From an uncultured Pseudomonadota bacterium (lineage in GTDB: Bacteria; Pseudomonadota; Alphaproteobacteria; JACZXZ01): DNA of 64,000 bases. The translations under genes and the position numbers were made by a program. Every line of letters begins with the position of its first letter. Position 1 is the first letter of the stretch. Shown piece after piece: positions 1 through 8,769 of the stretch. The stretch spans positions 352,001 to 416,000 of the forward strand of contig CAVVLJ010000017.1 in assembly GCA_963749075.1 (NCBI GenBank), read 5' to 3'. The notes below the pieces were generated by a model. It searched no databases. It was given only the letters and a program-made list of their open reading frames with translations, and had not been told where the DNA came from.

Positions 1-5
1 GTGCC

Positions 6-80
6 GGGCGCTTAGCTCAGCGGAAGAGCGTTCCCCTCACACGGGAGAGGTCGTAGGTTCAATCCCTACAGCGCCCACCA
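6..80 (+). tRNA. tRNA-Val(CAC)
   Basis: Acceptor stem GGGCGCT/AGCGCCC + ACCA, D-arm TAGCTCAGCGGAAGAGC, anticodon loop CT-CAC-AC, T-loop GGTTCAATCC; 75 nt. Confidence 0.97.
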
Positions 81-94
81 CTGCGGGGGCGACT

Positions 95-205
95 GGCGTC
101 CTGCTCGAGCGCTACGCCGAATGGGCCGTCCAACGCGCCCGCTGCGTGACGCTGTAAACCGTCGCAGCTTTGAGCGACAATCCCATCGTCAAGCCGCCCG
201 CTTTG
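95..205 (+). pseudogene. IS256-family transposase C-terminal remnant
   Basis: Reads GVLLERYAEWAVQRARCVTL*TVAALSDNPIVKPPA, resembling the C-terminus of alphaproteobacterial IS256 transposases (LLEQNDEWAVQRARYMTLET..SDDPIV, recalled from memory); in-frame stop. Confidence 0.7.
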
Positions 206-296
206 CTGCGCCGCTTCTTCCGCGTCCCTGCCGCGCGCCATGCACGCGCGCGGGCGCAGCGATCCTGGGAAGCTCGATATATTCTGGGAGGCTCCA

Positions 297-1406
297 ATGG
301 AACGGCAACGGAAGACGCGCGGCGTGCGGCGCCGCACCCTCCTCAAGGCCGGTGCTGCGGCCGGCGCCGCCCAGTTTGTTGCGCCGTTCATCCTGACCGC
401 GCGCGGCGAAGAGGCGATGAGCGGGGGAGGTCAGATGATCCACCGGACATTGGGCCGCACCGGGCTCAAGGTCAGCGCCGCCGGGCTCGGCGGCGGCGGC
501 TTCAGCCGGCTCGGGCTGTCCAAGGGCAAATCGGAGACCGAGGTCGTCTCGCTCATCCGCCTCGCCCTCGATCTCGGGGTCAATATCATCGACACGGCTG
601 CTTCCTACGGCACCGAGCCGGTGATCGGCCGCGCGATCAAATCGGTGCCGCGCGAGAGCCTTGTCATCACCACCAAGGCCAGCCCCGCCCAATATGGGAG
701 CTGGGAGCTTTTCACGCCCGAAAACGTGGTGGCGAGCATCGACAATTCGCTGCGCCAGCTTGAGACCGATTATCTCGACGTGCTCCAGCTCCACGCCGTG
801 GCGCCGCAGATCTACGAGCAGACGCGCGAGGCGATCTATCCGGCGGTGCTGCGCCAGAAGGAGAAGGGCAAGCTCCGCTTCATCGGCATCACCGAGGCGG
901 CACCCTACGATCTCGACCACAAGATGCTGCAGCGCGCGCTCTCCGAAGACGACATCTGGGACACCGTCATGGTCGGCTTCAACATGATGCACCAGAATAC
1001 CCGCACCAGCGTCTTCCCCAAGACCATGGAGAAGAAGGTTGGCACGCTAATAATGTTCGCCGTGCGCGGCATTTTCGCCCAGCCCGAGCGGCTCAAGGCG
1101 GAGGTGCGGGCGCTGGCGGCGAACGGGCAGCTGCCGAAATCGCTGGGCGATTCGCCCGACCCTCTCGGGTTCCTGGTCCACGAGGGCGGCGCCAGCTCGA
1201 TCATCGACGCGGCCTATCGCTTTGTGCGCGACGAGCCAGGCGTGGACGTGGTGCTGTTCGGCACCAGCGATCCCCAGCATCTCAGCGAGGACATCGCGTC
1301 CTTGACCAAGCCGCCCTTGCCGGCGGCGGACCGCGAGCAAATCGTGACCCTGTTCGGCCATCTGGTGGGCGTCGGGATCGAGGCGCCCAGCCGCGTGCAG
1401 CCCTAG
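297..1406 (+). CDS. Aldo/keto reductase with N-terminal Tat-like signal
   Basis: RTLGRTGLKVS, IDTAASYG, TTK, SLRQLETDYLDVLQLH motifs; GGGAGG RBS before ATG 297; N-terminal RRRTLLKAGAAAG. Confidence 0.9.
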   Translation: MERQRKTRGVRRRTLLKAGAAAGAAQFVAPFILTARGEEAMSGGGQMIHRTLGRTGLKVSAAGLGGGGFSRLGLSKGKSETEVVSLIRLALDLGVNIIDTAASYGTEPVIGRAIKSVPRESLVITTKASPAQYGSWELFTPENVVASIDNSLRQLETDYLDVLQLHAVAPQIYEQTREAIYPAVLRQKEKGKLRFIGITEAAPYDLDHKMLQRALSEDDIWDTVMVGFNMMHQNTRTSVFPKTMEKKVGTLIMFAVRGIFAQPERLKAEVRALAANGQLPKSLGDSPDPLGFLVHEGGASSIIDAAYRFVRDEPGVDVVLFGTSDPQHLSEDIASLTKPPLPAADREQIVTLFGHLVGVGIEAPSRVQP

Positions 1407-1489
1407 GCTCTCAGCTCGCTCCAAATGGGGGTTCTCGCCTCTTCGCGGTCATGCGAGAGAAGTGCGGAAAGGCGGCAGCTGCGCGAACG

Positions 1490-3841
1490 TCAATGGATTT
1501 CGAAACGCCGGAAGATGAAGACCTTCACCTGATCGAGAATGAGCAAGTATGCGGCGACGGCGGCCAGCAGTGCCGCAATGAGCACGGGACTGACCGGCGC
1601 CATCAAGACGCCCGTCGTCGCCATGACGGCCACCACCGCGAGATCGGCGATCGAGCTGCCGATGAGCCAGCGGCTCGGCCGCGACTGCCAGAAACGGCCG
1701 CGCTCGCGGACGAGATAGACGTTCCCTTGCCCGGTCGTCACCAGCATGACGAAGACCAGCGTCTGAAGCTGCGCCAAGGGCAGGCCGATGAGGTCGCGCC
1801 CCGTAAAGAAGACCGCGAAGGAGAGCAGCAGCACGAGCCCCGCTAGCACGCCTCCCGTGAGCATGAGCGTCTTGACGTTCCAGCGGTCGGGTTTCCGCGA
1901 GTAGGACACGTGATCGGTGGCGATCGACATCGTCACGAAGTCGTTGGTGAAGAGCAAGAGGACGATCAGCAGCGGCGTGATCACGAAGCTGTCGGTGAGC
2001 ATCACGCCGACGGTCAGGAAGACGGCGATCTCCAGGGTCTTCATGATCTTGTTGATGGTGTAGGTCAGCATGCGCTGATAGATGCGGCGGCTGATCTTGA
2101 CCGCCGAGAGCGCATCCACCAGGCCCGGAGCGGTGAGCACCACGCCGGCGGCGGCGCGCGCCACGTCGGTGGCGCTGGCGACGGCGATGCCGACGTCGGC
2201 CTGCTTCAGGGCGGGCGCGTCGTTGACGCCGTCCCCCGTCATGCCGACGACGTGGCCCGCCGCCTGCAGCAGCCGGACGAGCTGGATCTTGTGCTCGGGG
2301 AAGACCCGCGCATAGACGTCGTAATCGAGCGCGCGGTTTCCGTCGAGACTGCCGAGCGCCTCCGAGGAGGCGGCGCGCGCGCCGATGCCGACGCGCTCTG
2401 CCACCGCGCAAGCCGTCGCGAGGTTGTCGCCGGTGACCATCAGGACGCGCACCCCGAGCTCGTGCAAGCCGCTCACCAGCGATGCGGAATCGGCGCGCGG
2501 GGGGTCTTCCAGCGCCACGAGCCCTGCCAGGCGCAGCGTCTCCCGACTGCCGCCGGAGGCGACGGCGAGCACGCGATTGCCGCCGCCCGCCAGCCGCTCG
2601 ACGGCCGCCGTGAGCGCGGGCTCGTGCGGAACGAGTGCGGCGATCGCGCGCGGCGCTCCCTTGACGACGCAAAGCTTTCCGTCCGCAGCCTCGTAGAGCC
2701 CGAGCGAATAGCGCAGCACCGGATCGAAGGGGACGAACTCGAGCCGCCGCGGCGGATCGCCAAGCAGGCGGCGTCCGCCGGCGGCGGCGAGGATGGCGAG
2801 ATCGATGGGGTCTTGCGTCGCCGGATCGCAGGCCAGTGCCGCCCGGCGCAGGAGCTCGTCCTCCGACAAGGGTGCCAAAGGCTCGGCTGCGACGAGGGCG
2901 AGGCTGTTCTCGGTGATGGTGCCGGTCTTGTCGGTGCAGAGCACGTCCATGCCGGCTGCCTCTTCGATCGCCGAGAGCCTCGTGACCAGCACGCCATTTC
3001 GCGCGAGCTCCGTCGATCCGAGCGCGGTCGCGAGCGTGAAGGTCGCCGGAAGCGCCACGGGAACGGACGCCACGAGGAGGATCAGCGCGAAGGGGACCAC
3101 GTCCGCGAACGGCAGGCCGGCCCATGCGGCATAGCCAAGGAGCGCGCAGACCAGCAGCGCATCGATGATGACGAGCGTCTTGACGATGGCGAAGATCAGC
3201 GCCTGCAGGTGACTGGCCGACTTCGCCGTCCGCACGAGCTCGGCGGTCTTGCCGAAGTAGGTGCGCTGGCCGGTCGCCACGACCTCGCCGGTCGCCTCGC
3301 CCCGCCTGACGACGGCGGCGGCGTAGGCGAGCGCTCCGGCTCCCGCTTCCACGGGAACGGATTCGCCGGTCAAGGCCGATTGGTCGAGGAGAACCTCGCC
3401 GTCCGCGATGCGAATGTCGGCGGGCGCGAGATCGCCCATCCGGAGATGAACGGAATCGCCGGGAACCAGGCTTGCCGCCGTCACCGATTGCCATCGGCCG
3501 TCGCGAAGCACGCGCGCCCGCGTCGTCAAGCGGCGGCGCAGCAGCGCCAAGGCCTTGTTCGCACGGCCCTCCTCGGCAAAGCTGATCGCGGCGTTGAACG
3601 CCAGGAGAAGGGCTACGATCGCCGCCTCTCTGCGCTTCTCGAGCAGGACCTGAACCAGGATCGTGGCCTCGAGCATCCAGGGAATGGGGCCCCAGAGCTT
3701 TTTCAGCAACGCGAGCGCCGGGTGCGGACGCCGCTCCGGAATTTCGTTCGGCCCGTATTGCCCGAGCCGGCGTTGCGCCTCGGCGCCGGTCAAGCCGGCG
3801 GGCGCCTCGGGCGTCGATGCGGGTTTTATGGGCCGATCCAT
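1490..3841 (-). CDS. Plasma-membrane proton-efflux P-type ATPase (P3A-like)
   Basis: YGPNEI, WGPIPWMLE, DQSALTGES, VPVALPA, DKTGT, KGAP, TGD, GMTGDGVNDAPALK, TNDFVTMSIATD. Confidence 0.9.
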   Translation of the reverse strand: MDRPIKPASTPEAPAGLTGAEAQRRLGQYGPNEIPERRPHPALALLKKLWGPIPWMLEATILVQVLLEKRREAAIVALLLAFNAAISFAEEGRANKALALLRRRLTTRARVLRDGRWQSVTAASLVPGDSVHLRMGDLAPADIRIADGEVLLDQSALTGESVPVEAGAGALAYAAAVVRRGEATGEVVATGQRTYFGKTAELVRTAKSASHLQALIFAIVKTLVIIDALLVCALLGYAAWAGLPFADVVPFALILLVASVPVALPATFTLATALGSTELARNGVLVTRLSAIEEAAGMDVLCTDKTGTITENSLALVAAEPLAPLSEDELLRRAALACDPATQDPIDLAILAAAGGRRLLGDPPRRLEFVPFDPVLRYSLGLYEAADGKLCVVKGAPRAIAALVPHEPALTAAVERLAGGGNRVLAVASGGSRETLRLAGLVALEDPPRADSASLVSGLHELGVRVLMVTGDNLATACAVAERVGIGARAASSEALGSLDGNRALDYDVYARVFPEHKIQLVRLLQAAGHVVGMTGDGVNDAPALKQADVGIAVASATDVARAAAGVVLTAPGLVDALSAVKISRRIYQRMLTYTINKIMKTLEIAVFLTVGVMLTDSFVITPLLIVLLLFTNDFVTMSIATDHVSYSRKPDRWNVKTLMLTGGVLAGLVLLLSFAVFFTGRDLIGLPLAQLQTLVFVMLVTTGQGNVYLVRERGRFWQSRPSRWLIGSSIADLAVVAVMATTGVLMAPVSPVLIAALLAAVAAYLLILDQVKVFIFRRFEIH

Positions 3842-3976
3842 GTCCGTCCCGAAGTGCGCCGCCCCGTGATATTCCGCCCCCTGGCCGCAAGCCCGTCGCG
3901 ACGCTGCCGCGAAGCCGGGACACCGGGGCGCGAAAGTGGCATCTTAAGTGAGCGGCTCGGAACCGCGAAGACCTGA

Positions 3977-4693
3977 GTGATGGATATGCGCCTCTCCGAA
4001 TTCGGGCCGCACATCTGGGTCGGCGAGGGTCCGCTGGTGCCGTTTTACGGCTTTCCCTATCCCACGCGCATGGCGCTGATCCGGCTCTCGAGCGGCGGCC
4101 TCTTCGTCTGGTCGCCGGTTGCGCTCGCGCCAGCGCTCAAGCGCCAGGTCGATGCGCTCGGGCCGGTGCGCCACCTCGTCTCGCCCAATGCACTCCATCA
4201 TCTTTTCCTCGGCGAGTGGAATGCGGCCTATCCGGAGGCGCGCCTCTATGCCTCCCCGAGGCTGCGCCGCAAGCGCAAGGACCTCGTCTTCGCTGGCGAG
4301 CTCGGCGCTTCTCCGGAACCGGAATGGGCGGCGGATATCGATCAGGTTCCGCTCGTCGGCAGTTTCGTATTGACGGAGGTGGTGTTCTTCCACCGCGCGA
4401 GCCGCACGGCGATGTTCGCCGACCTGATCGAGAATCTGCCGGCCGACTGGTTCAAAGGCTGGCGCCGCGTCGTTGCCCGGATGGACGGCATCGTGGCGCC
4501 CAATCCGGGCGCGCCGCGCGAGTGGCGTGCCAGCTTCCTCGATCGCCGTGCGGCGCGCGCCGCGCTCGAGCGCATCCTCGCCTGGCCGATCGAGCGGGCG
4601 CTGATCGCCCATGGCGAGTCTGCAAGCGCCGACGGTGCAGCGTTCGTCCGCCGCGCCTTCGCGTGGCTGCTCCGGCCCAAGAGGCCTGCCTAG
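3977..4693 (+). CDS. DUF4336 family protein
   Basis: YPTRM..IRL..GGLFVWSPV, VSPNALHHLF, EVVFFHRASRT..ADLIEN, IAHG. Confidence 0.8.
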   Translation: MMDMRLSEFGPHIWVGEGPLVPFYGFPYPTRMALIRLSSGGLFVWSPVALAPALKRQVDALGPVRHLVSPNALHHLFLGEWNAAYPEARLYASPRLRRKRKDLVFAGELGASPEPEWAADIDQVPLVGSFVLTEVVFFHRASRTAMFADLIENLPADWFKGWRRVVARMDGIVAPNPGAPREWRASFLDRRAARAALERILAWPIERALIAHGESASADGAAFVRRAFAWLLRPKRPA

Positions 4694-4728
4694 AGCGCGT
4701 CCCACTCGAACGCACTCTCCGCTTGGTT

Positions 4729-5062
4729 CGTCATTCCCGCGAAGCCTGTCCCCGCGAAGGCGGGGAGCGGGAATCCATCGGCTCCGGACCCCCGCTTTCG
4801 CGCTATGGCATTCACACATTTCGAGGAGGACTGCAGAGCCATCGTGGGTCCTTCGAGACGCGCCCCTTCGGGGCGCTCCTCAGGATGAGGAAAATCTGTA
4901 TGTGGCACAAAGACTTAACCTCATCCTGAGGAGCGAGCGCAGCGAGCGTCTCGAAGGACCCGCCGTAACCAGTCCGAGGTTCCTTTTGCACACCGCAACA
5001 CCAGGATTTGCCGACAATCTTCGGGTTTGTGTGAATCCCGTAGCGCTTTCGCGGGAGCGACG
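4729..5062. repeat. REP-like palindrome pair (GTCATTCCCGCGAA.GCGGGAATCC type) interrupted by a MITE
   Basis: cgtcattcccgcgaag...gcgggaatcc and ggacccccgctttcgcg|MITE|ggagcgacg between convergent genes. Confidence 0.7.
4803..5043. mobile_element. 241-bp MITE, copy 1
   Basis: Imperfect 16-bp TIRs CTATGGCATTCACACA / TGTGTGAATCCCGTAG; 10-bp TSD CGCTTTCGCG at 4793-4802 and 5044-5053; near-identical to 45534-45774. Confidence 0.92.
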
Positions 5063-5153
5063 GAGGAGGCGGTTCCGACTAATCGGGACATGCTCTAGCG
5101 ATCCTGGCCTGGCCCGCGGCGCCGCGCGAACCTTCGGCGCTCCTGCGCGGCGC

Positions 5154-5930
5154 TCACGGATTTTCGGCGCCCGTCGGCTTCGCCTGCGTCATCCAGGCTT
5201 GCAGCATCTCGAGGGGGAACGGGAAGACGATGGTCGAGGTGCGCTCGCCCGCGATGTCGAACAGCGTGGCGAGATAGCGGAGCTGCATCGCCTGCGGCAC
5301 CGGTTGCAGGATGCGCGCGGCCTCGAGCAGCTTTTGCGCCGCCTGCTCCTCGCCCAGGGCATTGATGACCTTGGCGCGGCGCGAGCGCTCGGCTTCGGCC
5401 TGCCGGGCGATCGCGCGCACCATGCTCTCCTCGAGGTCGATGCGCTTGATCTCGACGTTCGAGACCTTGATGCCCCAGCCCTCGGTCTGCTTGTCGAGGG
5501 CGTCCTGGATGTCGGTGTTGAGCTTGTCGCGCTCGGCGAGCATCTCGTCGAGCTCGTGCTTGCCCAGCACCGAGCGCAGCGTGGTCTGGGACAGCTGGCT
5601 CGTCGCCTCCATGTAGTTGCGCACCTGGATGACCGCCCGCTCGGCGTCGATGACGCGGAAGTAGATGACGGCGCTGACTTTAACCGAGACGTTGTCCCTG
5701 GAGATCACGTCCTGCGGCGGCACTTCGACGACGACGATGCGCAAATCGACGCGCACCACCTGCTGCACCAGCGGCACGATCAGCACGAGGCCCGGTCCCT
5801 TGGTCCCCGTATAGCGCCCGAGGGTGAAGAGGACGCCGCGCTCGTATTCGCGAAAGATGCGGACGGCCCAGCCGATGACCAACAGAACGAAAATCGCGAC
5901 GATGACGAGGGTCGTAATACCGGTAATCAT
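5154..5930 (-). CDS. SPFH/band 7 (slipin, stomatin-like) protein
   Basis: REYERGVLFTLGR, QDVISRDNVSVKV, QTTLRSVLG, ARQAEAER.RRAKVI. Confidence 0.93.
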   Translation of the reverse strand: MITGITTLVIVAIFVLLVIGWAVRIFREYERGVLFTLGRYTGTKGPGLVLIVPLVQQVVRVDLRIVVVEVPPQDVISRDNVSVKVSAVIYFRVIDAERAVIQVRNYMEATSQLSQTTLRSVLGKHELDEMLAERDKLNTDIQDALDKQTEGWGIKVSNVEIKRIDLEESMVRAIARQAEAERSRRAKVINALGEEQAAQKLLEAARILQPVPQAMQLRYLATLFDIAGERTSTIVFPFPLEMLQAWMTQAKPTGAENP

Positions 5931-5963
5931 GCGCGTGCCTCCCTCTCTCGCTAATCGGAGCTT

Positions 5964-7394
5964 CTATCGCTGCGGCTCGACGGTGAGGACGAGGCCGTCG
6001 CGCGCGACGACCTTGATGCTCGCCCCCGGCGGCAGGGGATGACCGGCGCGCGCCAGCCAGATCTCGCCTTTGACGCGCACCCTGCCCGCCGTGCCTTCCC
6101 ACGCGACGGCCTCGCCCTCCGCGCCGATCAGCGCCTCGCCGCCGGTGACGACCGGCCGGCGCCGCGAGCGGAGCAGCATGGCGAGGACGAGGAGGAAGAA
6201 GCCGGCGCTGATGACCACGGCGGCGACCACGACGGAGATGGATAGTCCGAAGCCCGGTGCATTGCCGTGGAACATCATGACCGAGCCGAAGGCGAACGCG
6301 ACGATGCCGCCGATGCCGAGCATGCCGAACGTGCCGATGAAGGCTTCCGCGACCATGAGCGCGATGCCGAGCAGCACGAGGCCGGCGCCGGCATAATCGA
6401 CCGGCAGCAGATTGAGGGCGAACAGTGCCACGAGCAGGCTGATCGTGCCGATGAGGCCGGGCAGCACCATGCCCGGATTGGCCAGCTCGAAGATCAACCC
6501 ATAGGCCCCGAGCAGCATCAAGAGATAGGCGATGTTGGGATCGGTGATGACGGCGAGAAGCTCAGTGCGCCAGTCGGGTGCCACGGTCACGGCCTCGAGG
6601 CCGGCCGTCGCCAGGCGCTCCGGCTTGCCGGCCACCTTGACGGTCCGCCCGTCGACTTGGCGGAGCAGATCGGAGACATTGTCCGCGATCACGTCGATGA
6701 CGTGAAGCTTGAGCGCATCGTCGGCGGAGAGGCTCACCGCGCTGCGCACGGCCTCGGCCGCCCAATCCGCATTGCGGCCGTTGAGCTCGGCAAGGCTGCG
6801 GATATAGGCCACGGCATCGTTGAGGATCTTGCGGGTCTCGGTGTCCTTCGGCTCGGCGTTGGCGGCGCTGCCGGCGTTGCCCGCGGCCGTGGGCTCCTTG
6901 CCGTCATTGCCCTTCTCGGGAGTCTGCTGCGGCGGGCTCGGCAGGAGCGGAAGCCCGCCCAGCTGGACCGGCGTCGCCGCGCCGAGATTGGTCCCGGGCG
7001 CCATGGCGGCGATGGCGCAGGCATAGGCGATGTAGGTGCCTGCGCTCGCGGCCCGCGCGCCGCTCGGCGCCACATAGGCGGCGACCGGCACCGGCGAGGC
7101 CAGGATGGCGCGAATGATCTCGCGCATCGAGCTGTCGAGCCCGCCCGGCGTATCCATGCGCAGGATGACGAGGCCGGCGTCGCTCGGCCGCACCGCCCCG
7201 AGCTCGCGCGACACATAGCCGGCGATCGCCGGCCCGATGGCGCCGTCGATCTCGAGCACGACCGCCTGCCGGGCCTCCGCCGCCGTCGGGATCGTCAGTG
7301 CCGCGGCCAGCACGGCGATGGGTGCTGCAGCGACACCCCACCACGGGTGCCCGCGCGATACGCGGGCGAGGCACCGCGTGCGGCCCAACCGCAT
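5964..7394 (-). CDS. nfeD: NfeD-family membrane-bound serine protease (ClpP class)
   Basis: MDTPGGLDSSMR, VAPSGARAASAG, MAPGTNLGAATPV, C-terminal OB domain (VRVKGEIWLA); adjacent to slipin. Confidence 0.9.
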   Translation of the reverse strand: MRLGRTRCLARVSRGHPWWGVAAAPIAVLAAALTIPTAAEARQAVVLEIDGAIGPAIAGYVSRELGAVRPSDAGLVILRMDTPGGLDSSMREIIRAILASPVPVAAYVAPSGARAASAGTYIAYACAIAAMAPGTNLGAATPVQLGGLPLLPSPPQQTPEKGNDGKEPTAAGNAGSAANAEPKDTETRKILNDAVAYIRSLAELNGRNADWAAEAVRSAVSLSADDALKLHVIDVIADNVSDLLRQVDGRTVKVAGKPERLATAGLEAVTVAPDWRTELLAVITDPNIAYLLMLLGAYGLIFELANPGMVLPGLIGTISLLVALFALNLLPVDYAGAGLVLLGIALMVAEAFIGTFGMLGIGGIVAFAFGSVMMFHGNAPGFGLSISVVVAAVVISAGFFLLVLAMLLRSRRRPVVTGGEALIGAEGEAVAWEGTAGRVRVKGEIWLARAGHPLPPGASIKVVARDGLVLTVEPQR

Positions 7395-7578
7395 GGCCCG
7401 CCTCCATCCGCAGGGACGCCGCCGAGCTCCGCGGCGCCCGAACTCAGCATCTTCCGTCCCGTCCGTGCGCCGGCATCCTCGGCGCGTCGCTCGCCGCCGC
7501 TTCGCCGTCCGTTCCGGACCTTACAACCGCGCCAATTCGACCGCGAGAATATCCGGATGCACGTCCATCCCTGCCGGC

Positions 7579-7619
7579 ATGATAGGCAAGCCGCGCGGCG
7601 GCGCCTTGATCCAGCTCAA
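7579..7619 (-). promoter_or_regulatory. FNR/FixK-like box with class II promoter for nfeD-slipin
   Basis: TTGAT-CCAG-CTCAA at 7606-7619; minus-strand TATCAT (-10) at 7584-7579, putting the box centre about 41 bp from the predicted start. Confidence 0.55.
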
Positions 7620-7753
7620 GGGTCAGCTCCCCTGCGCGAGGTGCTCACTCGCGCTCAACCAGTCGCGACATAGGCTGAACCTCCGCATGGCTCGCCCGAA
7701 CGGTCAAGCCGGCGGTCGTAGGAGCGCGGCCGGTCTGCGCTAGAAGGGTGATT

Positions 7754-7763
7754 TGTGATCACA
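7754..7763. promoter_or_regulatory. Putative GntR operator TGTGATCACA
   Basis: Perfect palindrome upstream of gntR; one-mismatch copy TGTTATCACA at 8650-8659 upstream of the catabolic operon. Confidence 0.5.
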
Positions 7764-7864
7764 GTTTTATGTATGATAGGTGCGTCTGCCTTCGCTCGCG
7801 GCGCCCGCCGGAGGGCGTCTCCGCCGGCAAGGCAAGCGCGTTTCATCCTGGATGGACGGTCAAT

Positions 7865-8611
7865 ATGGCATTCCAAAGCAAGACGACGGTCAAGCCGCGC
7901 GCGCCGTTGCCCGCCGCCCGGGTAAACGAGCCCGCTGCCACGCGGGAGAGGCCCGCGCTGCACATGCTCAGCCGCGACACGCTCCATATGCGCGCCCATC
8001 AGGAGCTGCGGCGCGCCCTGATCACCGGCGTATTCCTTCCCGGCCAGCCGGTGACCTTGCGCCAATTGGTCAAGAGCCTGGGCACCAGCATGATGCCCAT
8101 ACGCGACGCGGTCGGCCGGCTGATCGCCTCCGGCGCTCTCGAGATGCTGCCCAATCGCTCGGTCATCGTGCCCCAGATGACCCGGCGCAAATTTGTCGAG
8201 CTCTCACGCATCCGCCAGGCGCTCGAAGGCATGGCGGCCGAGAAGGCGTGCCAGGTCATGGACGGGGAGACGCTCGAGAAAATAAGGCATATCAACGCGC
8301 TGGCCAAAGACGCGATCGCCCGGCGCGCGCACGAGGACGCCTTTCTCTACAATCGCGACTATCACTTCGCGATCTACGAGGCCGCGAGCATGCAAGTGGC
8401 GCTGCCGCTGATCGACACCCTCTGGCTCCAGGCCGGGCCCTTCCTCTGCCTCTCTCTCGTCAAGCACGGCGCGCGCTGGAGCGCCGTCCATCATGATGCG
8501 GCGATCGAGGCCTTTGACGCCCGGGACGCCACCGCGGCGCGCCGTGCCATCGAGCGCGACATCGAGGAAACCCTCGTCTATTTGCTCGAGCACGGCGCTT
8601 TCGCCGAGTAG
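7865..8611 (+). CDS. GntR/FCD-family transcriptional regulator
   Basis: LRRALITG.F.PG, LGTSMMPIRDAV wHTH; FCD-type C-terminus (NRDYHFAIY, HHDAAIEAF). Confidence 0.92.
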   Translation: MAFQSKTTVKPRAPLPAARVNEPAATRERPALHMLSRDTLHMRAHQELRRALITGVFLPGQPVTLRQLVKSLGTSMMPIRDAVGRLIASGALEMLPNRSVIVPQMTRRKFVELSRIRQALEGMAAEKACQVMDGETLEKIRHINALAKDAIARRAHEDAFLYNRDYHFAIYEAASMQVALPLIDTLWLQAGPFLCLSLVKHGARWSAVHHDAAIEAFDARDATAARRAIERDIEETLVYLLEHGAFAE

Positions 8612-8769
8612 CGCGATTTAGTTTGCATTGCGAAAAAACCATGGGCTACTGTTATCACAGATAAATCATGCCCCACCCGACGGCTGCCGCCATGTCCGCA
8701 TGGCCGATGAACGTGCTTGGAACGGCCATGACGTGAGCCAAAGCGCCGAACATTGAGCAAGATCGAGCG

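Noticed and set aside
60-80. att direct repeat of the tRNA 3' end marking the island's far border
   Set aside because: No second copy was noticed by eye in this window
1449-3976. Long alternative-frame and antisense ORFs (e.g. 1449-3923, 1910-3976, also 14352-16982 and 60169-62826)
   Set aside because: Arg/Gly/Ala-rich shadow ORFs expected in high-GC DNA, overlapping well-supported genes
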